From Felis catus (Eukaryota): a DNA stretch of 60,000 nucleotides. Positions 11,601 to 23,879 of the stretch are shown here, piece by piece (position 1 is the first letter of the stretch; every line of letters begins with the position of its first letter). The notes under the pieces were generated by a model that saw nothing but the letters and a program-made list of their open reading frames with translations, ran no database searches and was not told the DNA's origin. Location: positions 436,001-496,000 of the forward strand of contig NC_058369.1 in assembly GCF_018350175.1 (NCBI RefSeq), in the 5' to 3' direction. A program made the position numbers and the translations under genes.

Positions 11601-14600
11601 TGATTCTACCCCCAGGAGACACATGGATGTCTGTGGTTGTCATGACTGGAGAGCTCCTGGCCTCGAGGGGGTGGGGCCGGGGAGCTGCTGAGGCCCCGCG
11701 GAGGATATCCTGCCCCCGTGTGCCCGCGACAGGAGAGACCTCTCTGGACAGACGGTTGGCTGTACACGTGCCGTCTGCTGCGCCTGTGGCTCTGCCCCCG
11801 CCCCCCCTCCCCCTCCCCCACTAACCTGCACTCCCTGCCCCGCGCCTGCAGGGACGCCTGTGAACCGCATCCCCATCATGGCCAAGCAGGTGCTTGACCT
11901 GTTCATGCTGTACGTGCTGGTGACGGAGAAGGGCGGCCTGGTGGAGGTCATCAACAAGAAGCTGTGGAGGGAGATCACCAAAGGCCTCAACCTGCCCACG
12001 TCCATCACCAGCGCTGCCTTCACCCTGCGGACCCAGTGAGTGCCTGCCGGCGCCCCGCATAGGGGAGGCGGGAGGGGCGGGAGGGGCCGGGGCGGCCGCG
12101 GAGAGCCAGTCCTGACGTCAGGGTGCTCAGGGTGCTCAGGGTGCGGGTTGAGGACGGTCCGCCCCGAGCTCACTCGGCTGGGTGGCGGGATTGGCGAGGG
12201 CGGTCCTGGGGGGGGGGGGGGGGGCCGGCGCCATCCTGTCCCTGCCCCTGCCGCAGGTACATGAAGTACTTGTATCCCTACGAGTGTGAGAAGCGCGGCC
12301 TCAGCAACCCCAACGAGCTGCAGGCGGCCATCGACAGCAACCGGCGGGAGGGCCGGCGCCAGAGTTTCGGGGGCTCCCTGTTCGCCTACTCGCCGGGCGG
12401 GGCCCACGGCATGCTGTCCTCGCCCAAGCTGCCCGTGCCCTCCCTGGGCCTGGCCGCCAGCACCAACGGCAGCTCCATCACCCCGGCCCCCAAGATCAAG
12501 AAAGGTAAGGGCCGCGCGTCCCTGGGGCCCGGACCCCATTCTGCTCCGCCAGGGCTTTCTGACCCCCTCTGGGTACTGCGCCCCCCCCAGTGGGCGTGAC
12601 TAAGCAGGGCCCTTCTCCCAACCCCCCAGAGCAAGCAGACATCACTAATGTTCAGGATCGGGCACAGTTTCCCAGCCCGTGCCCGCGGCAGACATTACTA
12701 ATCGAGCACCGCTTCCCCAGTCGGGGCTGCTGCACCCTTTCTGACTGGGCGCCGGGTTCCTTCCCAATCCCTTGGCCGGTGTTACTAGCAAATTACTGTA
12801 GCGTCGCCTGAGTGCTGCCTATGGGCAGCAGTATTGACGGCCGGAGTTTTTCCGGTCCCTTGCCCACGGCAGACCTTACTAGCTGATTGCTGAATTCTTT
12901 TCCCTTTGAGCTTCAGGACCTCCTCAACACTGTCCAGCAGGGACCGTCACGGGTGTGGTGTGGGCCCATCCCACTGGCCCTTCAACCTTCTCCGAATCTA
13001 GTGCTGGGTGTGTCTGGGCAGCTCACTGGCCCCTCCTGGGCCCGGCTTTCCTGCTGGGGAAACGGGAAAGCGATCCCTTCTTTGTGGGTTTGTGGAAGGG
13101 GGGCCTTTGGTGTGTCCGGCCCCCAGCAGGCAGCGGGCCCAGTTTTCGAATGCCTGGTAGGGAGCCCCCCATTCGTGGCAGGCACCACCAGCCGATCACA
13201 GCCTTCTCACCCAGCGAGCCTCTGAATCCTTCCTAGCACAGAAACACCAACGGCACACGTGGCGGTGTGGCCTCAAGCAGGCGAAGCCCCCTGCGTGTCT
13301 CTCACCTGCCACCTGGGCTGGGACTCCCTGCCTCCTGGGGTGGCGGGGGGATCCAGCGTGATCCCCACGACTTAGGCCTGGTCAGATCCTAGGCGAATGG
13401 GGTCCCACTAGCGTCGCTCAGCCCTCTGTGGACCTCAGTTTACCTACCCCCACCCCTGGGGAGCTCCGGTGATGCCCACGAGTCAGTATAAACGTCCGCC
13501 GGGCGTGAGGCCTCATGCGGGAGCTGGGGAGGTGCTGGCCGGCAGGGAGGAGGGTTTTCTGATGGCTGAGGTGGTGTTGGAGTGAGCCCAGAAGACGGGG
13601 ACAAAGGAGAGAGTGCCAAAGACCCTGGCAGAGGTGTGGAGGTGGGGGGAGGTGTGGGGCGGGGGACGCCCAGCATGCAGGCAGCGTCCGGACAGGCATG
13701 GGCGGAAGAGTCAGGAAAAGAAGAGACAGCAGGTCACGGTGGGACCAGCGGGTAGAAACCGCGATGGGGACATTTGCTTCGACCACAGAGGAGGTGAATG
13801 GTTGGCAGCTGGTTCTGGGTTCGAGTCCCAGCTCCGCGCCCCCCACCCCCACCCCCTGTGGCTTTGGCAACATTTCCACACCCTCCGAGCTGCCTCCCCC
13901 GTGAAGCGGCCGTAAGAGGGTGGAGGCAGGCGCGCGAGTGTCGAGACAGCCCCTCGAGGCGGTTCGAGCCGAGCATGTCCGACGAGACACGTGGCGCTTC
14001 CCAGCTGCTCCAACTAGTGCCGTCCGCAGCAAGTGCTGTGACAGCGTCTCTGTGCGACGTCCGTGCTGGATGCGACTGTGACACTGTCGGTCCCGTCGCG
14101 GCGGTACCTGGTGTCAGGCTGACCTTAGATCTGGCAGCGCTCGCCTGCTTCCGCGGAGAGGACGTGCGCACCCCGTGGGCGGAGATGTCCAGGCGCATGC
14201 GCGGTCCTGCTGCGGGCGGAGGGCCACACCGGGCCGCTGCAGGTCCCTCCTGCCCACCGACTCTTCTTCTCTCCCGTCTAGAGGAGGACTCGGCCATCCC
14301 TATCACAGTGCCCGGCCGCCTGCCGGTCTCCCTGGCGGGTCACCCTGTGGTGGCCGCCCAGGCGGCAGCGGTGCAAGCGGCGGCGGCCCAGGCGGCCGTG
14401 GCGGCCCAGGCGGCCGCCCTGGAGCAGCTTCGGGAGAAGCTGGAGTCTGGGGAGCCGCCTGAGAAGAAGATGGCCCTCGTGACGGAGGAGCAGCAGCGGC
14501 TTGTGCAGCGGGCCCTGCAGCAGAACTTCTTGGCCATGACGGCCCAGCTGCCCATGAGCATCCGCATCAACAGCCAAGGTACCAACCCGGCGCCCGAACC

Positions 14601-16013
14601 CTCCCTGCTGCGTGCGCCCGTAACAAAGTAAGGGCCTCGTAGCTGACATATGTAAAGAGTGCCTGCAAATCGATAAGAAAAAACAAAAAAAAAAAGCTAA
14701 CCCCATAAAAGACGCGGGCAGCGGTGACGAGTAGTAAGTTCATGTGGAAAGCGACTCGGGGGTCTGCGCGTTAGCGAGGAGACGCGCTTCGGAGTTTGAT
14801 AGTATCGAATGTCGGTCAGGATACGGGAACGTGGGCCCACCCGGTCTCGCTGGTGGGAGTCTAAGGAGGTGACAGTTGGGCAACCTCTTCCCAAAATAGA
14901 AAACATTCTTGCCCTGCGACCCAGTGGTTCTCCTGGGATCTGCCGCAGACGCTCCCGGAAGCACACGTAGCCGAGGGCGCTTCCCTGCGGTCACTGGCGT
15001 GATGCTGCTTGTGATAGTGGAGCCTTGAAGCCACTCGTGTGTCCATCAGCAGGGGATGGAACGAGTCAAGTCTAGACGGCTCTGTGGCCGTTAAGACCCG
15101 CCATCATGAGAAAAGCCAGTTTTAGGCAGATACGTTCTTCCTCGGTAAATATTTATTGACTACCTACTGTGTGTGCCGGTGACAGATCCGGTCCGCGCTC
15201 GGTGACTCGTGAAGTCCAGCGGGGGTGACGGAAGCAGGCCCTCGCACAGACGCGTGTGTGACTGTAGATGGCCGTGTTTCTTCTTCCCACAGCCTGTGAG
15301 AGCCGCCAGGACTCGGCTGCGAACTTGACCAGCCCCAATGGCAGCAACAGTATTAGCATGTCGGTGGAGATTAACGGGATCATGTACACAGGTAGGACCA
15401 GCCGGGCCCCACGCCGTCCTTGGGCGCTTGTCTCCCCGTTGACTCGGGAGCCCCGGGTCGCCCCTACCCCCCGGGCCGGCCGGCCGGAGCCCATAGGAGA
15501 CCGCAGCGGGGTAGTCCGCACGGCATCCGTAGCACGGTGCTGGGCACACAGCAGCTGCTCAGAAGGCAGACCCCTTGTCGCGTTCTTCCCGTGGCGGGTG
15601 GCATTGACGAGTTCCTTCTCAACAACCCGAGTAGTCAGCCGGAGCTCCCACGGGCCACCAGGAGGTGCCGTGGACACAGAGCGGCTCCGCTGCTAAGGGA
15701 GGGCGACTCCCAGGGACGGAGAAGGGGGGGACCTGTGGCCTCCCTGTCCCCACAGCCCCCGTGGGTGACTTTGTGGGGTGTCAGCGCTCAGGACCTTTCG
15801 ACTCGGTGACGTGTTTCTCCTCCTGTCCTCGCGTTAGGAGTGCTGTTTGCTCAGCCACCGTCCGCTCCCAGCAAAGGCGGTGGTGGTGGCAGCCGGGGAG
15901 GGACCAGCGGGACCAGCAGCAGCAGCAGCAGCAGCAGCACGGGCAGCCAGGCCGGGCCGGCGGGCTTGTCCACACCTGCCACGTCTTCTACCTCAAATAA
16001 CTCATTGCCTTAA
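8625..16013 (+). CDS. ARID3A: AT-rich interactive domain-containing protein 3A (Bright/DRIL1), 3' portion; 5' exons lie upstream of the window
   Basis: Six AG/GT-bounded, phase-compatible exons: 8625-8697 (LYELDGDPKRKEFLDDLFSFMQKR), 11852-12035 (GTPVNRIPIMAKQVLDLFMLY...SAAFTLRTQ, ARID domain), 12257-12504 (YMKYLYPYECEKRGLSNPNELQAAID...), 14282-14578 (EEDSAIPITVP...LEQLREKLES, REKLES domain), 15293-15391 (...SISMSVEINGIMYT), 15838-16013 (GVLFAQPP...SNNSLP, TAA). Confidence 0.97.
11585..11745. mobile_element. Degenerate MER20-like DNA transposon fragment
   Basis: GGTGATTCTACCCCCAGGAGACAC...GGTTGTCATGACTGG...CTCCTGGC...GGGGCCGGGGAGCTGCTGA resembles the MER20 (hAT-Charlie) consensus. Confidence 0.45.
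14620..15110 (+). mobile_element. Ancient L1 (L1M/L1ME-like) ORF2 3'-region fragment in ARID3A intron
   Basis: ATATGTAAAGAGTGCCTGCAAATCGATAAGAAAA...AACCCCATAAAA, GCTGGTGGGAGT, GACCCAGTGGTTCTCCTGGGAT and TGTCCATCAGCAGGGGATGG occur in the order found in L1 ORF2 3' ends. Confidence 0.55.
15915..15938 (+). repeat. (AGC)8 coding trinucleotide repeat, poly-Ser in ARID3A C-terminus
   Basis: Eight perfect AGC units in frame in the last coding exon. Confidence 0.9.
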
Positions 16014-19000
16014 CCGCACCACTCCCCACCTGCCACCCCCCCGCCCCTGCCTGGGTGGGGGGTCGAGGTGGGCCACGCAGGGGCCGGGACGGCGGAAGAT
16101 ACGGGTGGGGAGGGGAGGTATCCACAAAGGAGCCACAGCTAACGCCAAAAAGAAAAGAAAAAAATATATACATATATATATATAAAGAAAATTTAATAAA
16201 ACAGGGGAAAACCAAGGAACACTTGAATTACTCAGGTTTCGGACATTCAGAGACACGAATTGTGAGAACAGCAAAGGAAGTCGGAAAAGAGAGGGCATAT
16301 GTCTCCTGGGCTTTCCTGCAGCCCTGCCGGACCGACCGACCGACTGGGGTCTGGGGTCTGGGGTGTGTTTGGACCAGTTGCCATGGGAGGCCAATCCTGT
16401 TTACCTCATACATCTCTGCACTGTGTGTTTTCGTTTTTGTCTGTTTTTTTTTTTTTTTTTTTTTTTGCCTTTTTTTTTTTTTTTTTCCCATTCATCACAC
16501 ACCACACCCAGCTCCTTGTGTTGAATGAAACCCCTGAGCCACGATCAGTAGAGTTTTTTTTCTCGTTGCTTTTTGGGAACTTTTTTTTTTTTTTTTTTTT
16601 AAGAAACAGTGATACTCAAACTCTATAGGGTTTTTAAGAGGTTTCGGGGTTTTGTTTTGTAAATAATCTATTTTATTCTTGGGGGAGGAATCAAACCTTA
16701 GGAAAAGGATATATATATATATATCTATATATTTGTGTTCATTCAGGGAAACTGGACTTGAAAATGCAAAAAAAAAAAAAAAAAAAAAGAAAAGTAATAC
16801 CCTTTTTATTTTCCCATAACTGATTCGGGCTCCTTGTGCGTTTCCTGTAGCGCAGTGGGCAGCTGGCAGGCCCAGAGCCAGGAGAGGTGATGAACTCAGG
16901 TGCTACGGGGGGGTGGGGGGTGGGGGCGGGCGTGAATTCAGACCGGTGAGCGGCCAGGCGACCGTGACATCCGAGGTCCCGTCTGTTCGCTGTGCTTTTC
17001 GCGCTGGTGCTGCAGAGGCCGGAAGTCTTAAGTAGAAAGCGCAGGGTGAAGGACCTCGGCGTGGGAGGGGCTCCCTCCACCTGTCCAGCCCCCGGGCTCC
17101 TGTCTCAGGGATGAATGTGGCCTGGGGGCTCCCGAGTGAAAGGGCTACTCCGGGAGATTATCCATACTGGGGACGGGGTGAGCCGGGCTTAGCTCAGGGC
17201 CAGGTTTTTGGGGCCACGGCATCCTGAACCCCCCCCCCCAATTCTCTTCTCCTTAACTGTCGCCTTTTTCTCTCTTGGCCCCTTTTGCTTGGGGCCACAC
17301 CTCCCTGCAGGAACTAAAGTAACTGAATGGAGACCACACCAGGTCCCCACACGCCCGGTCCTCCTGGTTAGAAGGTGGGTGTCGGGGGGGGGGGGGCACC
17401 GCTGGAGGGAGGGGGCTATTGCAGTGGCTGGTGATGGGCCTCAGGAGGCGGCAGTGTCTGCCCCAGGCGGGTCTGGGGACTTTCTTGGCTGCCCTGCCGT
17501 CCCGTGTCCCCGTGGACCAGGTGGTGTTGGGTAGTGTTTTCACACGGTGCGGGATTTTCGTTTGGGGAGGGGGTGGCTGGGCTGTTCCCGGGGCGAGGCT
17601 GTACCCTCTACTTGGGCTCAGGAGCCCAGCTTCAGGAGGCTGAGGGGCAGTGCCAGCCTGGCGGCCTCCCAGCTTCCCCCACCCAAGCATCACCCTGTAG
17701 CCTTGGAGACCTGGGGGCAGGGGGAGGTCCTGAGCCCCCCAGGTCTGGGTTTTCTGTTATGTGGGGCTTTGGTGTGTCTTTGGAAGGCAACCCCTTTCTT
17801 TGGGATATCTCAGGGTCGTTGACACCCCCACACCCCACCCTTTCAGGAGTGGGTGGCAGGAGTGGGGTTTCCTCTCTGCTTTTCCTTCTAGAAGGTTCTG
17901 CCCTTCCCGTCTGTCACTGCAGCAGCACAATCATTGTGGGAGGGGGATCCCTTGTCCCCGGGCACAGTCGGGCTCCACACGAGAACCTGGGAGCCCCTGC
18001 CCCTTCTCTCCTCCCACCCCGAACTGCCCCGTGGGCGCCCTGGGCCCACGTGGGGGGGGGGGGAGGGGGTCTGCAGCGCTTTCTTCCTACCTCAGGTCTG
18101 ACTCTTGATGCCAAAACCCGTGCCCGGGCCTGGCCCTCTGCCGCTGGCCCGGGGTCTCCGCAGAGACGTGCACCTGTCCCCTCGACTCCCCCCCACCCCC
18201 GCCCGTGGGGCCCCTCCCCCTGGAAAGTCTGTGCGCCCGCTTTGTTCTTGCGTGTGCCGTGTGTCCACGTGTGTCTTGCGGGTGGTGTGGCCTCCCGGAT
18301 GTAACGCAGGGTGTGGCCCGCTGTTCCAGTGGTGACTGTAGGGACAGGTGGGGGCGGGGCTTGGGCGGGGCTCGGGGCCGGGTCCCACCCTCCAGGCCAC
18401 AGCCGGGGCGGCTGTGGGCCTGCGAGCCGGTGGGGCCCTCCCCTGCCTCTGCCTTAGGTGCCCGCGTTCAGCCGCCTGCCACTGCGGTCTCTGGGCTTAG
18501 GGAAGGGGAGGCTTTCTGGGGTGCGGATGGGCACCCCCTTATGCAAACCCGGGTGGGGATGGGGGCGGCTGTGTCCTGGCTGGTGCACTGTTCGTTCCAG
18601 AGCGGGTGGACCCCAGACTCAGGGCGGAGAGGGGCTCCCTGGGGCTGTCTTGCTGGAGGTGTTGCTTCTAGAATCTTCCGTGCGCCCACCCCCGAGCTGG
18701 GGGCTGGGCTGTCTGGGGGCGGGCAGGCGCGGTAGTCTCCATTCCTCTGCATTTGTAAACCCATTTTCACTGTATCGCTTTTGCCCACTGTCTCCTTTTT
18801 TCCCCCTTAACTTTGCTTCTGCGTTTTTTCTTGGCAAACATGAATTCAGCCTTTCATTCCTGACAGAAATTTCAGTTTCTCTGGGGTTTGTCAGACGGCG
18901 TGGGTACCGCGCCAGGACTCAGGTTAAAGTGAAAAAAACTTCCAAAAAAAAAAAAAAAAAAAGGTTTAAAACGACTCTACCTCTGGCCGGGCCCGGCCTG

Positions 19001-19295
19001 TCGCGCCCTGGTAAGACTTCAGTGTTTGCAGAACATTCAGGTATTAAAAGGGAAAAAAAAAACAAAAAAAAAACAAAAAAAAAAAACAAAAAAAAAGATA
19101 AAAGACCAAAAAAAAAAAAAAAAAAGGAAAGAAAGAAAAAAAAGGTGTGTGATTTTGAAATTTAAAAGAACACTGAAAGTTTACATTTTATAACATTATT
19201 ATGCAGATTGTATTTAAACTTCAAAAATATTTAAGACAATTGTAACCCTGTAAAGCTGGTGAGGTATTAAAACAAGACAAAACACTTCTGACTTT
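16014..19295 (+). other. ARID3A: ARID3A long 3' UTR with proximal AATAAA (16195-16200) and distal ATTAAA (19266-19271) poly(A) signals
   Basis: AT-rich blocks, poly-U and poly-A tracts and miRNA seed matches follow the stop codon. The distal ATTAAA is followed by a U/GU-rich tract near 19290-19335. The UTR end is inferred. Confidence 0.6.
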
Positions 19296-20876
19296 TAACA
19301 GAAAATGCGTCCTGTGGTGGTTTTTTTTCGTGTGGGGGGGGGGGGACATCAGAGGTTGTCACACTGGGGAGCTCCTGGCACCAAGGGGTGGGGCCCAGGA
19401 GCCCCCCGCCCCCAAATGCCAGCTGTGTCCAGGGGACGGGCCCTGGCTAAGCCATTCCTCAGCATCCCCCTTCTAAGAGTGGGTGTGTGGCCATTTGCAC
19501 GTCCCTGGGGACCTGGTGGTACAAAGGCTGTTTTAGGGATTTGGTGGGGGGACCTCGGTGGCAGGGCCGGGCCTCCCAGCCTGTCCCTCCCCCCCCCCCC
19601 AGGCTAGCTCTCCTGCCTGCAGGGTTCCTTGGCCCCCGGCACTGTCACTGTGGGATTTCTAACCTAGGCCCCCTGGGTGCGGCCTTCTCTGCCAGTCCCT
19701 CATCCGTCTGGAAACTTCCGCAGCACTCTGCCTTGTTTCTGCTGCCTCTGCTTCTGGGCCACCCGGGGCGCCCCTCAGCTCGACTGGCCCGACGCGTGTG
19801 GGGTGCCCGCGTGGAGTCCCCCACCCCCACTGGAGCAGGGCCCAGCCTGCCCCCACCTGCCTTCCCGCCCTCTGTGCTTTGGCTGGAGGTTTCACGTCGT
19901 AGGATTCGTTGGTGTGGCCTGAGAAACCAGACCCCAGGGGTGGGGTCGGGCCTCCGCACAGACGGAAGGGGGCCCCTGGGCGCCCTGCCTCCGAACCCAA
20001 ACCACACTGGCTCCGCAGCTTTGTGGCTGGGAGAGATTTTCTGGGACGTCCGCTCCATTCGCCCTCGTGACACCCGCACACAGGCTGTGCCGGGCTCAAG
20101 GTCAGCGAGGCCTGCAGCGGGCACGCCCCACCTCCCCCTGGCCGGCCCCTCCCGCCCGGGTCAGCCCCCCAAGGCCGCACCAGGAGCGGGGGACAGCCAG
20201 CCGCCCCTCCGGTCCGAGCTGGCGGGTGCCCCGGTTTATCCACGGGCTTTCCGCACCTGCTAGAAGTGAGTCCTGGGCCCAGACTCCATGGGCCTGGGGG
20301 GCCAGGAGAGGTCGGAGGACAGGTCACCCACCTTCCTCTAGGGCCCCTCCCCCTCACACACCGGAGATCAAGAAAAATCCTTTAAAAAGGGAAAACACTC
20401 CTTCTTGCAAACTGGCCCAGCCGGTGCTCCCCTTCATTCCTCCGCTGAAGAGCCCCTGAGGTCACACGGCCCCTGGGGGACCAGGGAGGCGGCAGGCCCC
20501 GTCACCGCCCGCCCCGCCTCCCAGAACCCGGCGGCCTCTGTCCCCCTGGCCTCCCGCTCCGCGCCTGTGAGGAGGCCGGGGAGGCTCCTGGAGGTAACGT
20601 GGGGACCCGCGTCCAGCCAGCAGAGCTGAGGGAACCTGCAAGGCACCAGGGCTCGGAGCCGATGCCGGAAGGGATGCCTGAGCAGGAGGGTTTTCACCGA
20701 GTCCTCTGCCTTCCCTCCCACCGCGCGTGGCCCTGACGGGGCTGCCCTGGGAAGGGGCCTGTGGGCCAGGACGCCAGAAAGGGGGGTCGGTTTGATTCTT
20801 CAGTGTGTACCCGCTGCCTACAAACAGGAGGTGCTCAATAGTGAAAAAATAATAACGAATGAGAACTCGGGGCTTA

Positions 20877-21105
20877 GGGGCACCTGCACGGCTCAGTCGA
20901 TTAAGTGTCCGGCTCCTGATTTCCACTCGGGTTACGATCTCACGGTTCGTGGGACTGAGCCCCGTGTCCGGCTCTGTGCTGACAGGGTGGAGCCTGCTTG
21001 GGATTCTCTCCCTCTCTCCCTCTGCCCCTCCCCTGCTCCTGCTCTCTCTCTCTCCCTCCGCCCCTCCCTCGCTCCCTTGGGCTCTCCTTCTCTCGAAAAC
21101 AAAAA
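20877..21105 (+). mobile_element. Can-SINE (feliform type)
   Basis: GGGGCACCTG...GCTCAGTCGATTAAG...GATCTCACGGTTCGTGGG, then a (CT)n tract and A tail. Degenerate TSD AGAAYTCRGGGCTTA at 20862-20876 and 21106-21120. Confidence 0.9.
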
Positions 21106-21734
21106 AGAATTCAGGGCTTACTGGGGTGGCGGTGGGGGAACCGTATCTGTGCCTCGGTTTCCCCCATCCTGCTTCTGCCCCTCTAGCCACACACTACAGA
21201 CTTGGATTTGGGACCAGGCATCCAGCTGGCACCAAGGAGGTCTGGCGACAGGGGTGGTCGACCCCCCCCCCCCCCAAAGTGTGGCTGTAGCCTTTCTCTT
21301 CTGACACAACTGGTCTGTCCTCATTCCACGCTGGCTGGGCTGGGGGTGGGGTGACCTCTGACCTCCTGGGAGGAGAGGAGGGGGAAGGAGGCCTGTGAGG
21401 GGCCAGGACTGCGATCCAGCTGTCGCCTGGGCCTGCCCCTGCCTGAGTGCCAGCAACCAGCACCCTCCGGGCATCAAGCCTGCCCCCTCACACTCTGGCA
21501 TCCGTCTGCACAGTTGGTCGTTCTGCAACCCACATCTGCTGGGCCTGCCCCTGTGTCCCAGATCCCAGGGATCTGGAGACTTCCAGGCCAGACTTCCTGG
21601 AAGCAGACGCAGACCCAGGACCCAGATCCCATAGCTACGGGAAACTACAGTCGCTGCAGTGGCTGTGCATGTGGGGAAACTGAGGCCCAGAACTTCACAG
21701 TGATTCGCCTCACAGCTCAGAAGTGCAGGTTCAA

Positions 21735-22710
21735 GGGGCGCCTGGGTGGCGATCGAGTGTCCGGACTATGGCTCAGGTCATGACAATCTCTCGGTTCATG
21801 AGCTCAAGCCCCATGTCGGGCTCTGTGCTGACAGCTCAGAGCCTGGAGCCTGTGTTGCGTTGCCTCCTCCTCTCTCTCTCAAAAATTTTTAAAAATTGAA
21901 AAAAAAAACCAAACTGCAGATTGAAGCCTTGAGCTGATGTTTAGAAGAAAGGCCACCAGGGTCCACTCCTGGGAGCCACACAGTGGCATTCTCAAACCAG
22001 ATTCCACGGAGTGCCAGGGACTCGGGATTCAAAGACTTGATTTTGGGAAACCAATGTTTGAAAAGCGTAAATTTGCATTCCAGGCATTTTGTTTTTCTTA
22101 TTCACACTTTTTTTTTAAAATGTTTATTTGTTTTTGAAAGAGACAGTGTGAGCGGGGGAGGGGCAGAGAGAGAGGGAGACACAGAGCCCGACGCAGGGCT
22201 TGAACTCATGAACCGGAGATCATGACCTGAACAGAAGACAGACGCTTAACCGACTGAGCCACCCAGTGTTTAAAATAATATTTGAGGGGGCGCGTGGGTG
22301 GCTCAGCTGAGCACCCGACATCAGCTCAGGTCATGGTCTCATGGTTTAGTCCTTGAGTCTGAGCCCCCCTCCCATGGGGCTCTGTGCTGTCAGTGCAAAG
22401 CCTGCTTCAGATCCTCTGTCCCACACTCTCTCTGCCCCTCCCCCGCTCATGCTCTAGATCTCAGAAAATAAATGAACATTTGAAGAAAATAAAAAGGGGC
22501 GCCTGGGTGGCTCAGTTGGTTAAGCATCTGACTTTGGCTCAGGTCACGGTCTCTCAGTTTGCAAGTTCGAGCCCCGCATCGGCTCTCCTGTCAGCGCAGA
22601 GCCTGCTTCTGATCCTGTCACCCTTTCTCTCTGCCCTTCTCCCGCTTGCACAAGCTCTCTCTCAAAAACAAACATTAATTTTTTTTTTTAATATTAAAAA
22701 AAAAAAAAAA
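21735..22710. mobile_element. Cluster of four Can-SINEs: about 21735-21908 (+), 22107-22267 (-), 22286-22495 (+), 22496-22710 (+)
   Basis: Repeated GGGGCGC(C/G)TGGGTGGC heads, GCTCAGGTCA(T/C)G internal motif, CT-rich tracts and A-rich tails. Confidence 0.9.
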
Positions 22711-23879
22711 ACATTTGCGGAACCTAGGAGCATCAACTCGTTGTGAGGGTGGAAATCAGGGAGACCTGGTTCCACCTGCGACCTGTCTGAACTAGGAGGT
22801 CCCTGCACACTCAGCTCTCCTCACGTCAATTTACAAGAGTCTTTAAGTTCCCAATGGATCCCCGCCCTCCAGGATAAAATAAAATCCAGGCTACCCACTG
22901 GCTGAAAGGCCCTGCACTGCCCAGCTCCATCCTCCATGGTCTGCCTCGGGGCCTTTGCACGTTCCTCTGCCCACCTTTCCCTCCAAGTTGTTAATTCCCT
23001 GCTCAAGTGACACCTGCTCTCGGAAGCCCCTCTTCCAGACCCCCAAACTAGGCAGGTTCCCCGTGGCAGCCCTTCATCCCCGTAAGTGCTTCTTGCTGTG
23101 GCCCCAGGGCTGGGAGCAGCCGCCCTGGGCAAAAGCCCTTTCCGGGTCCGGCCTCCCGGTCCGAGGCTCGCGGCTGCCACCTGGCGGTCGGGGCTGGAGC
23201 CGCGGACACCCCACGCCCCGAGCTCCCGTTCCTCGCTCAGGCGGTTCCCTCCCTCCGTCCACCCACCGTCTCCTGGATATGAAGCGGGGTTGGGGGCGCA
23301 CGGTCTCCACCCTGCTCTAGGACACCTGCTCCCATAACGCCCTCGGCTGCTTGGGGCGGGCGCTTCCGGCACTGTTGCAGACCCCGGGCATCCGGCACCC
23401 TCCAGTGTCGCTGGGAATAGACGCCAAGGCCTCACCGGCTAAGTGGATTGACTTCACAGGTTTCCAACTAATTCCACGTTTTTGAAAGGCGCTGTTTGGA
23501 GACCTGGCCTGGGGCCGGCAGCTGTAGTGGAGGGTAGGCGCCCCTCAGACCGAGATCGCGACTTGTTTGGCCTGCACCACGTTCCTGCAATGTACAGGTG
23601 CACTTCGTGGCCCCAGAGAAGAGGGGTCTGGGGGCGGCGGACGGTGGACCCGGGGGCGTTCAGCTAGACAGGTTAGGTACGCAGTGCGCGTTTTTCGTGC
23701 AAATGATTATCGAGGCCTGCGAGCTGGGGACTTTACTATTCGCACATTAAAAAAAAGAAAAGGAATCCGAGAGACCGTGTCACTTGGTCAAAGGCGCCCA
23801 GCGGAAACGGCCAGGCGACCTCCGGGCTCTGAAGTTCTCTGCAGGAGACCCTGAGCCCCGACTTCCCCACCTATCTGGG

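Noticed and set aside
15665..16000. Apparent poly-Gln (CAG) tract
   Set aside because: The spliced ARID3A frame reads the repeat as poly-Ser; the poly-Q ORF is an off-frame artefact.
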